Shown one piece after another: positions 1 through 7,713 of a DNA stretch of 56,329 bases; within the stretch, counting starts at the first letter, position 1; every line of letters begins with the position of its first letter. The DNA lies in NCBI GenBank assembly GCA_039683575.1, contig JBDKRC010000018.1:1-56329 (forward strand), in the 5' to 3' direction. Below the pieces are notes generated by a model. The model searched no databases. It was not told the origin of the DNA and saw only the letters and a program-made list of their open reading frames with translations. This stretch comes from Armatimonadia bacterium. Lineage in GTDB: Bacteria; Armatimonadota; Zipacnadia; Zipacnadales; UBA11051. The translations under genes and the position numbers were made by a program.

Positions 1-149
1 GTGGTGTTAGTGGCCTGCTCCCGTACCTCTATACCCAGGCCCTGCCACGCTGCTATCGCAACGACTGAGACTAACGCCAGAATCAGCGCATACTCTACGG
101 TCGTTACGCCCTCTTCGTCCTGCCATACGGACCGAAGATAGGTCAGCAT
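1..149 (-). CDS. flp: Flp/Fap family type IVb pilin (3' end runs off the window)
   Basis: Translated by hand from the ATG at 149, preceded by RBS GAGGAGG: MLTYLRSVWQDEEG|VTTVEYALILALVSVVAIAAWQGLG... This has the G|xxxxEY Flp motif followed by a hydrophobic helix. Absent from the ORF track. Confidence 0.9.
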   Translation of the reverse strand, partial: MLTYLRSVWQDEEGVTTVEYALILALVSVVAIAAWQGLGIEVREQATNT

Positions 150-707
150 CCTGCCACACCTCCTCGCCTAGATTGGGGTCTCCTCCGACTCGCAGGCCGC
201 GACCGTACTCTCCGACCGCTTGTCCGCTAGGTCTTGCGTCGGAGAGCCAGCCATACCGGTGCGCTCAGATTGAGTAGAAACCGCCATGACGCAGGAGGTG
301 CTGCTTCCCCCGTGCCCGCGAACGCCGTGACGCCTTAGCCATGTCGTCCGAGCCCAGATGCTAGTGCCCAAGTCCCCTGCCTGCTTCGGTCCCCCGTGTA
401 CTACTTGCGCATCAGTCGTCTCTACGAGTCAAGGACATGGTTTGAGCGGTCACCCGATCCCCCGGTAACTCGGATTGGGGTGATCAAGGTCAGCGCTTTA
501 GTGATGCCCCAGGCTTTGCTTAGCCTAGGAGCATAGACGACGCATGGTTGCGGTCGTTCAACCGGGCGGATGGTGATTGGGTGCCCGACACCAGCCACAC
601 TCCTGCGAATCCCTACTGCAGAGGGAAGAAGCAGATGATGATGGGGCACAGGGGCTGACAGGCCTCAGCGTGGTGGGAATTTGCGGCGCCTGTATTGGGG
701 AAACGTC

Positions 708-2225
708 TCAGGGTGTTGGCGTTTGTGCCTGTGGGTGGGCATTGGCTTCTGGGACCGATACCGCTGGAAGGCTGAGCACGAAGGTTGTGTGATCATCCCT
801 GCTGGAGACCAGGGCAAGCTCCCCGCCGTGGGCGCGGACGATCTCACGGGCGAGACTCAGTCCCAGCCCAACGCCGTCCACCGCACGGTCGCGAGCCTTG
901 TTGGCACGGTAGAAGCGCTGGAAGACCTTGTGCAGGTCCTCAGGGGGCACCCCGACGCCGGTGTTGGTGACCGTCAGCCTTGCGGTCTCCTCCTTACGCT
1001 GGAGTTGGTATCTGATCGTACCGCCGGGGCGGTTGTACTTGATCGCGTTGCTGGCCAGATTGTGCAGGACTTGTCCCAACAGTTCCGGATCGGCCAATAC
1101 CCGGACGTCAGGGGCGACGTCGCTCTCCACCGTCAGCCGTGGTGCCAGCACTTCCGTATCCTCGCGCAGCTCCAAAACGGCGGCGCTGAGGTCCAATGGG
1201 CGTGTGGTCAGCTCAAGTTGCCCGGCATCGGCGAGTGATAGCAGCAGGAGCTTGCGGATAATGGTCTTGAGGCGCTGCACTTCTTCGAGCAGTTCGCTGT
1301 AGACGCGCTGTTGCCGTGATCCGGTGGCCGCCTCCTGCAGCGCCTGCTCCAATTCCCCCTGAAGTATCGTCAGTGGTGTCTTCAGTTCATGGGCGGCATC
1401 GGCGCTGAAGCGGGTGGCCTGCTGGAAGCTCTGCTGCAGGCGTTCGAGCATGGCGTTGAAGACCCTGATAAGCCGCTCAAACTCGACGTCCTCGCCAGCA
1501 GCGGCCAGACGCTGGTCCAGACCCTTGGCGGTAATCGATTCCGCGGTCTCCGTCAGCCTGCGCACCGGGCGCAGCGCTCCTTCCGACAGCAGCCACCCGC
1601 CCACCGCGGCCAGCAGCGCCGCCAGGGGCAGGGCGGCCAGTAGGGCAAGGCCGTTCATCAGCAGGTAGCTCTGATGCGACGCCAGGCTCACACCGATGAC
1701 GACGGTGACGTGCTCGTTACCCAGGATAGCGATACGCCAGCTATCGAGGCCGTCGCGCCAGGTGTATTGCTCGGGTTGCCTGAGCCTGGCCGGTGGCGGG
1801 GGAGGCTGGGGCCGGCGGTCGTTGGTTCTCTCGGGTGGGGGCGGAGGTTGCCTGAGGCGCATGCCGCTTTCCTTGTCGCCGGGCAGCGGGAAGGCGCCGG
1901 TCTTCAGCGACTTGGGCCACGATTGGGACTGGCGGATGGTGCTGCCGTCGCGGGCCCTGACCAAGATGAACGAGGAGTTGCTCGAAGAGGCGCCGTAGGT
2001 AAACCGGAGTTCGTCCTCCAACATCCCCCAATGACGGTTGTCGGGAGCCCAGCCAAGGTGGGGCAGAGCGCGCAGGCGCACCTCGTTGTCGATGCGCTGC
2101 AAGTCGAGACGGCCGATCAGGAACCATACGGGGACGGCGAAGGCGAGCAGGGCCACGCCGGAGACCAGCAGGGAAAGCAGGGCGATGCGGGTGCGGAAGG
2201 AGTTGACCTGCAGGCGGGCGCGCAT
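708..2225 (-). CDS. Two-component sensor histidine kinase, CusS/CzcS-like (TM, periplasmic, TM, HAMP, HisKA, HATPase)
   Basis: H-box FSADAAHELKTPL, N-box NLASNAIKY, G boxes NTGVG and GVGLGL, HAMP segment LRPVRRLTETAESI, two TM segments. Abuts the response regulator gene. Confidence 0.93.
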   Translation of the reverse strand: MRARLQVNSFRTRIALLSLLVSGVALLAFAVPVWFLIGRLDLQRIDNEVRLRALPHLGWAPDNRHWGMLEDELRFTYGASSSNSSFILVRARDGSTIRQSQSWPKSLKTGAFPLPGDKESGMRLRQPPPPPERTNDRRPQPPPPPARLRQPEQYTWRDGLDSWRIAILGNEHVTVVIGVSLASHQSYLLMNGLALLAALPLAALLAAVGGWLLSEGALRPVRRLTETAESITAKGLDQRLAAAGEDVEFERLIRVFNAMLERLQQSFQQATRFSADAAHELKTPLTILQGELEQALQEAATGSRQQRVYSELLEEVQRLKTIIRKLLLLSLADAGQLELTTRPLDLSAAVLELREDTEVLAPRLTVESDVAPDVRVLADPELLGQVLHNLASNAIKYNRPGGTIRYQLQRKEETARLTVTNTGVGVPPEDLHKVFQRFYRANKARDRAVDGVGLGLSLAREIVRAHGGELALVSSRDDHTTFVLSLPAVSVPEANAHPQAQTPTP

Positions 2226-2897
2226 TCAGGGCCTCCTGAAGCGGTACCCGACCCCGCGGATGGTCTCGATCAACTGCTGTCTGCCGGAGGGATCCAGCTT
2301 CTTGCGCAGGCGCTGGATGTAGACATCTATCAGGTTGGTATTGGTGTCGAAGTCGTAGCTCCAGACGTGCTCGAGAATCTGCGTGCGGGTGTAGACCCGG
2401 CCCGGGGAACGCATCAGGTACTCGAGCAGGCTGAACTCCCGTGCCGTGAGTTCAACGACGCGCTCCCCTGCTTTCACCTCTCGCGTGATCAGGTTCACCA
2501 CGAGGTCTCCCGCCTGCAGCAGGCTGAGCTTCTCACCGGACACGCGGCGCAGCAGCGCCTGCACGCGGGCAACCAGTTCCTCCATGAAGAAGGGCTTGGT
2601 CAGGTAGTCGTCGGCACCGAGGTTCAGACCCTCAAGCCGTTCGTCGAGAGCGGAGCGGGCGGTGAGCAGAATCACCGGCACGGTATTGTGCTGCTCACGC
2701 AACCGCCGCAGGATGCTCAGCCCGTCCCGCCCCGGCAGCATGATGTCCAGTACGATCAGATCGAAACTCTGGCTCGTGGCGAGTTCGTAAGCGCGGTCAC
2801 CATCGGTGGCGAGGTCCACGGTGTAGCCCTGCTCTACGAGCGCTTTGCGTACGAAGCCGGCGATCTTCCTCTCATCTTCCGCCACGAGGATGCGCAT
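2226..2897 (-). CDS. OmpR-family response regulator, CusR/CzcR-like
   Basis: MRILVAEDE, phosphoacceptor LDIMLP, GADDYLTKPF, winged-helix end IETIRGVGY. Start reassigned to the ATG at 2897. Confidence 0.95.
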   Translation of the reverse strand: MRILVAEDERKIAGFVRKALVEQGYTVDLATDGDRAYELATSQSFDLIVLDIMLPGRDGLSILRRLREQHNTVPVILLTARSALDERLEGLNLGADDYLTKPFFMEELVARVQALLRRVSGEKLSLLQAGDLVVNLITREVKAGERVVELTAREFSLLEYLMRSPGRVYTRTQILEHVWSYDFDTNTNLIDVYIQRLRKKLDPSGRQQLIETIRGVGYRFRRP

Positions 2898-2943
2898 GGC
2901 GGAATGGTAGCAGAAGGTTCCACTGTCCGCAATGAGGTGGTGC

Positions 2944-2959
2944 ATTACAGTTTTGTAAT
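2944..2959. promoter_or_regulatory. ATTAC-N6-GTAAT palindrome (CzcR/CopR/CusR-type box) in the divergent promoter
   Basis: Sequence ATTAC agtttt GTAAT lies between the regulator start (2897) and the divergent operon (3049). A candidate -10 element CATACT is at 2993-2998. Confidence 0.7.
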
Positions 2960-3048
2960 CTCTGCCTGCTGCGACTGTTCACGTCAGGTGGGCATACTCA
3001 TAGCGTTCCGGTCAGTGTAGCTGGCCATACTCACAGGAGGTGACGGGT

Positions 3049-3339
3049 ATGAAGAAGAACACGTGGATCATACTGGCGGTGCTTCTGGTCGCGGCGCTGC
3101 TTGTGGCCTTGCCGGCCATCTGCCAGCCGCCGCCCCCCGGGGACATGGGCGGAGCGCCAGGGATGGGTGGCCCAGGAGGCCCTCCGGGAACTGCCTTGGC
3201 GGTTGGGGCACAGGGCGTCTACGTCACGGCGGGTCTGCAGGTCTTCCGCCTGGACCCGGAGACACTGAAGGTGGTGGCGAAGGTCGAATTGCCGCGCCCC
3301 GAGCGGCCGGATGATGCCGGCAAACCAGCGGGCAACTGA
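3049..3339 (+). CDS. Small secreted Pro/Gly/Met-rich hypothetical protein
   Basis: RBS AGGAGG 8 nt before the ATG at 3049. Signal peptide MKKNTWIILAVLLVAALLVALPA, then PPPPGDMGGAPGMGGPGGPP and a short beta-rich segment. Confidence 0.75.
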   Translation: MKKNTWIILAVLLVAALLVALPAICQPPPPGDMGGAPGMGGPGGPPGTALAVGAQGVYVTAGLQVFRLDPETLKVVAKVELPRPERPDDAGKPAGN

Positions 3340-3464
3340 ATGGGAAAAGGGGCGATGGGGCCCGCGGCGCCGCCCCCTGGCTCCCGGGCCCCTCGTTATA
3401 GCGGAATGTAGGTACCGCTGAGCACGTCATGCTCGTGGTGATGGGATAAAGGAGATCCGGTAAC

Positions 3465-4775
3465 ATGACAACGACAAAACAATGGCGTCTGGTTGTCTTT
3501 ATGACGGTTGCATACGGTCTGATGGGGGCAATGCTACTCACCAGTGGCTGCATCGCCGCGCCAGGACAGGGAGGACAGCGGGGCCAGGAACCGCGTCGCC
3601 CAGGTCCGCAGCGCGGTACGGGCCCGGAGGTCATGGACATGTCGCGGACGCTGTCAGAGCGCGGGCAACTCCACACCATCGCGTTCAGCGGCTTCGCCTT
3701 CCTCACTGGCAACCTCGGCGCGGATTCCTTCTTCCCGCCCGGTAAGGTCGCGGACTGGTGGGGCTTTCAGTACCTGCGGGACAATGACCCGAGCGGTTTG
3801 GGCCACAACACGGACTTCTTGACCAAGGCCGCCTACAACATGCTCTACGTACTGGACGAGCAGCAGCGGGCGCAACTCGTGGCCCTGGCGCAACAGCAGG
3901 TCAAGCCCATCAACGACTATGCCCTCCGACGCTTCCCACTGATGCAGGCCTTCCGGCGGCAGTTGACAGCCGACGTTCCGGCGGGGTCCAAGGGCCTCGA
4001 CAAGGCCGCAGTGCTGGCCTACTCGGCGGGGCTGTATAAGCTCGATGGTGAGATGAGCCTGCAGCGGGCAGAAGTGATGGGAGGCATACTCCACAGGCTG
4101 AATGCCCAGCAGCGTGCCTATCTCGACAAGCTCAAAGGCACTGGCATGGCTACATGGCCTACCCTCGACGAGCCGATAGATCGCCGCAGCCTGCCGCATG
4201 ACGTGCATGTGGCTGTAATGACCTACGCCGGAGACATGTTCAGCTGGTATATGGGCAACATCGAGGCCGACGTGTACTTCTGCCCAGAGCGGCAGGGGAC
4301 GTACTTCGGTGGTTTCTATCTCAAGGATGCGCCCGCGATGGGCAATCCCAACTATACCATCAGCAACCGTCTCACCGGTGACGTGGGGGCGACGATGCTC
4401 TCCAAGCTCGCTCCGACGCAGGCACAGCAGGTCACGAGCCTTGTGCCGGCCCAGGCTCCGGTTCTGCAGGAGATCGTCAACGCCCGGCGCGCCATTGCCA
4501 CGCAGTTGCGCCGTTATATAGCGGGCGAGGCGGTGGACAAGGCCGAGGTGCTGGCCCTGTCGGAGAAGTATGGGCAGTTGGATGGTGAGATCATCTACGG
4601 CGATGCCATGGCCTTCGCGCAGGTGGGGCAGAGTCTGAGCGCCCAGCAAAAGGCTGATTTCGCGGCGATGCGTCAGCAGATCGGCGTGGGCGTGCCGCAG
4701 GGCGCTTTCATCTACTCAACGCCAGTGCAGAGGCCGAGCATACAGAACACTGACTTCCTGTTCGGGGTGAAGTGA
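3465..4775 (+). CDS. Putative lipoprotein with two Spy/CpxP/ZraP-like helical domains
   Basis: RBS AAGGAG and lipobox-like LLTSGC. Four LTxxQ-like motifs: LDEQQ, LNAQQ, LAPTQ, LSAQQ. Internal duplication DKAAVLAYSAGLYKLDGEM / DKAEVLALSEKYGQLDGEI. Confidence 0.6.
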   Translation: MTTTKQWRLVVFMTVAYGLMGAMLLTSGCIAAPGQGGQRGQEPRRPGPQRGTGPEVMDMSRTLSERGQLHTIAFSGFAFLTGNLGADSFFPPGKVADWWGFQYLRDNDPSGLGHNTDFLTKAAYNMLYVLDEQQRAQLVALAQQQVKPINDYALRRFPLMQAFRRQLTADVPAGSKGLDKAAVLAYSAGLYKLDGEMSLQRAEVMGGILHRLNAQQRAYLDKLKGTGMATWPTLDEPIDRRSLPHDVHVAVMTYAGDMFSWYMGNIEADVYFCPERQGTYFGGFYLKDAPAMGNPNYTISNRLTGDVGATMLSKLAPTQAQQVTSLVPAQAPVLQEIVNARRAIATQLRRYIAGEAVDKAEVLALSEKYGQLDGEIIYGDAMAFAQVGQSLSAQQKADFAAMRQQIGVGVPQGAFIYSTPVQRPSIQNTDFLFGVK

Positions 4776-6241
4776 TGACCTTCCATCGGCGACGCTGGAC
4801 GTGCTATCTGCCCCAGCTCCTTGTGTTGGTGGTAGGCGTGGCGCTAGTGGTGCCTACTGGCTGGGCACAGGAGGGCGGCAAGCGTGGGCGCGGCGGATCG
4901 CGGGAGGTGGTGTTGCCCGCCGACATGGCGGCTGTGGCAGCGCTATCTGTCATTGCAGGGCGTCCCACTGACAGCTCAATCGTGATCAACGTCCTCTCCG
5001 GCACTGCCGGAGAGGGCCTGATCGAATATGGCACCTCCCCGGGCCAGTACGTGTCCAGGACGGAGACCGTAGCCTTCGCTGCGAACACGCCGGTGGAAGT
5101 CGTGCTGAGTGCCCTGCGGCCAGATACCGAGTACCTCTACCGGGTGCTGGTGGGTGACAAAGCATCGGCGGAACAGCGCTTCCATACCCAACGCGCGGCC
5201 GGTAGTGCCTTCACGTTTGAGATACAGGGCGATTCGCATCCCGAGCGACCGCAGATGTTCGACGCGACGCTGTACGCACAGACTCTGCGGGCCGCGGCGG
5301 CGGACCGTCCGGATTTCTACATCGCCATCGGTGATGACTTCAGCGTGGACACACTACAGACTGCGACTGCGGAGGCTGTGGAGGGCATCTACCGCACCCA
5401 GCGGCTATTCCTGAGCCTTGCGGGCGCCCCGGTCTTCCTGGTCAATGGCAATCATGAGCAGGCCGCCTTGTGTAACCTCGACGGCACGCCCAACAATGTC
5501 GCCATATGGGCCGGGGTCAGCCGCAACAGGTACTTCCCCCAGCCCGCGCCGGACGGTTTCTATAGCGGCGACACCCAGCCTGTTGAGCACGTAGGTCTGC
5601 TGCGAGACTACTACGCCTGGACCTGGGGCGACGCCCTGTTTGTGGTGATTGACCCCTACTGGCATTCGTCCCAGCCGGTCGACAACGTGCGTGGTAGTCG
5701 GGAGAAGGCCGCCCGAGACCTTTGGGGCGCCACCCTGGGTAATGAGCAGTACCAGTGGCTCAAGCAGACACTCGAAGGCAGTAGAGCGAAGTACAAGTTC
5801 GTCTTTGCGCATCATGTACTGGGGACCGGGCGCGGTGGGATCGAGGAGGCTGGGCTATACGAATGGGGCGGCAAGGACAGGCGTGGCGGGTCTGAATTCG
5901 CCCAGAAGCGTCCTGGCTGGCAGTTGCCCATCCACCAGTTGATGGCCAAGAACGGCGTCACGATCTTCTTCCAGGGGCATGATCACATCTTCGTCAAGCA
6001 GGAGCTCGATGGCGTGGTCTATCAGTCGCTGCCTCTGCCGGCTGACCCGTACTATGCCCTCTACAATCGCGACGCGTACCGTAGCGGCGAGGCGCTGCCG
6101 GGCTCGGGTCGATTACGGGTGAGCGTGTCTCCGGAGAAGGTTGGAGTGGCCTACGTGCGCTCGTATCTGCCCAGGGACGAGACCGCCGAGCACAAGAATG
6201 GAGAGATCGGGTACAGCTATGAAGTCCTCCCTGCTCGCTAA
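4772..6241 (+). CDS. Secreted metallophosphoesterase (FN3-like N-terminal domain plus calcineurin-like domain)
   Basis: Signal peptide, FN3 motif LRPDTEYLYRV, metal motifs GDSH, GDD, GNHE, HH and GHDH. Start overlaps the upstream stop. Confidence 0.88.
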   Translation: MMTFHRRRWTCYLPQLLVLVVGVALVVPTGWAQEGGKRGRGGSREVVLPADMAAVAALSVIAGRPTDSSIVINVLSGTAGEGLIEYGTSPGQYVSRTETVAFAANTPVEVVLSALRPDTEYLYRVLVGDKASAEQRFHTQRAAGSAFTFEIQGDSHPERPQMFDATLYAQTLRAAAADRPDFYIAIGDDFSVDTLQTATAEAVEGIYRTQRLFLSLAGAPVFLVNGNHEQAALCNLDGTPNNVAIWAGVSRNRYFPQPAPDGFYSGDTQPVEHVGLLRDYYAWTWGDALFVVIDPYWHSSQPVDNVRGSREKAARDLWGATLGNEQYQWLKQTLEGSRAKYKFVFAHHVLGTGRGGIEEAGLYEWGGKDRRGGSEFAQKRPGWQLPIHQLMAKNGVTIFFQGHDHIFVKQELDGVVYQSLPLPADPYYALYNRDAYRSGEALPGSGRLRVSVSPEKVGVAYVRSYLPRDETAEHKNGEIGYSYEVLPAR

Positions 6242-7661
6242 GCTACTGATTGCAGGCTGTGCGGTGGCGCTGGTGTTCCTCGTGCAGGCCGCGCCGGAGA
6301 CGCCATCAGGGCAGAAGCCCGCGCAGGGGCAGCAGCGAGGCCCGGCGCAGAATCTGCCGCCGTGCTTTCGCACCGAGGTGCCAGCCCACCCCTTCGACAT
6401 CATCCTCGGGCGGCCGACGGATCACTCAGGCACTGCCAGTGTGCTGTCATATGCGGACGGGGAGGCGTATGTGGAGTGGGGGACAGGGCAGGGAAGCTAC
6501 TCTGGCAGGACACAGGTGGTCAGACTGGTGGCGGGGGAGCCGAGGGAGATCGTGCTGCAGCCATTGTCACCGGACACGCAGTATTTCTACCGACTCCGCT
6601 ACCGTAACGGCACGGGCGAGTTCGCGGCCAGTGACGAGTACCGGTTCCACACTCAGCGCAAAGCAGGCGATCCCTTCACCTTCACCATCCAGGCCGATTC
6701 ACACCTGGACGAACGTACCGACACCAACCTCTATACGACCACCTTGCGCAACGCGCTGGCCGACTCGCCGGACTTCAGCGTGGACCTCGGCGATACGTTT
6801 ATGTGTGACAAAGTGCGGCCGTTGGGGCAACCGATATTGGGGATGCACCTGGCGCAGCGGTACTACCTGGGGCTGCTCAGCGCGTCTGCGCCGCTGTTCT
6901 ACGTGATCGGGAACCACGATGGCGAGACCGGTAATCAGGACCCTGAGGCGGTGGCGTTGCGACAAAAGTACCTGCCTAACCCACTGCCGGACGGAACGTA
7001 CTCCGGCAATGACAGCGAGCGGCGGGGCAACTACTACGCCTGGACCTGGGGGGATGCACTGTTCATCGTGCTTGATCCGTTTGCGTACACGACAGGGCGG
7101 ATCCGGACCGCAGACGACAATTGGAGCCGAACGCTGGGGGAGACGCAGTACCGTTGGCTGGCGCGCACGCTGGAAAGCAGCCGGACGCCTCTCAAGTTTG
7201 TGTTCATCCATCACCTCGTTGGGGGCCTGGACAAAAATGGACGAGGTGGGGCAGAGGCCGCGCCCTACTTCGAGTGGGGTGGGCACTGTCTGGACGGGTC
7301 GGAGCGGTTTGCCGCGATGCGTCCGGGCTGGGGCCTGCCGATCCACCAGTTACTCGTCAAGCACGGGGTCTCAGTCGTGTTCCACGGGCACGACCACCTG
7401 TACGCCCGGCAGGAGCTGGATGGGGTTGTGTATCAGGAAGTGCCGCAGCCCGGCTGGGTCGGTGGGGAGAGAGTGAACGAGGCGGCCAACTACGGCTATG
7501 CCAGCGGCCAGATCATCGCCAGTTCCGGGCACCTGCGTGTGCAGGTGGGGCCCACAGGCGCCACGGTGTCATATGTGCGTTCCTATCTACCCGCGAATGA
7601 GACAGGCGGGCGCAAGAACGGGCAGATCGGGTACAGCTACGAAGTCAAAGCCCGTCAGTGA
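6219..7661 (+). CDS. Second secreted FN3-metallophosphoesterase (tandem paralogue)
   Basis: Start reassigned to the ATG at 6219 (signal MKSSLLAKLLIAGCAVALV). Motifs ADSH, GDT, GNHD, HH and GHDH. Shares YYAWTWGDALF and KNGxIGYSYEV with the upstream gene. Confidence 0.88.
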   Translation: MKSSLLAKLLIAGCAVALVFLVQAAPETPSGQKPAQGQQRGPAQNLPPCFRTEVPAHPFDIILGRPTDHSGTASVLSYADGEAYVEWGTGQGSYSGRTQVVRLVAGEPREIVLQPLSPDTQYFYRLRYRNGTGEFAASDEYRFHTQRKAGDPFTFTIQADSHLDERTDTNLYTTTLRNALADSPDFSVDLGDTFMCDKVRPLGQPILGMHLAQRYYLGLLSASAPLFYVIGNHDGETGNQDPEAVALRQKYLPNPLPDGTYSGNDSERRGNYYAWTWGDALFIVLDPFAYTTGRIRTADDNWSRTLGETQYRWLARTLESSRTPLKFVFIHHLVGGLDKNGRGGAEAAPYFEWGGHCLDGSERFAAMRPGWGLPIHQLLVKHGVSVVFHGHDHLYARQELDGVVYQEVPQPGWVGGERVNEAANYGYASGQIIASSGHLRVQVGPTGATVSYVRSYLPANETGGRKNGQIGYSYEVKARQ

Positions 7662-7667
7662 AACTAG

Positions 7668-7700
7668 GCCGGGGGCGCCCGGAGTTTGGCCGCCCCCGGC
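7668..7700. terminator. GC-rich hairpin between convergent genes (probable terminator)
   Basis: Inverted repeat GCCGGGGGCG ... CGCCCCCGGC between the stops at 7661 (+) and 7714 (-). Confidence 0.55.
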
Positions 7701-7713
7701 TTGGTATTCCCTA

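Noticed and set aside
150-700. c-di-GMP riboswitch or small CDSs (168..371, 422..649) upstream of flp
   Set aside because: Only fragments (GCAAAGCC, TGGGCACT) resemble riboswitch consensus, without the required order or pairing. The ORFs lack motifs and RBS.
1674-3020. 448-aa plus-strand ORF and similar long antisense ORFs (9025..10188, 28983..30251, 39351..40748, 47005..48144, 54717..55847)
   Set aside because: They are shadow frames opposite well-supported genes in high-GC DNA, with no motifs or RBS.
3357-3392. GGGGCCCG...CGGGCCCC inverted repeat as a terminator or REP element
   Set aside because: Short stem, long loop, no U-tract and no further copies seen. It could stabilise mRNA but that is unsupported.
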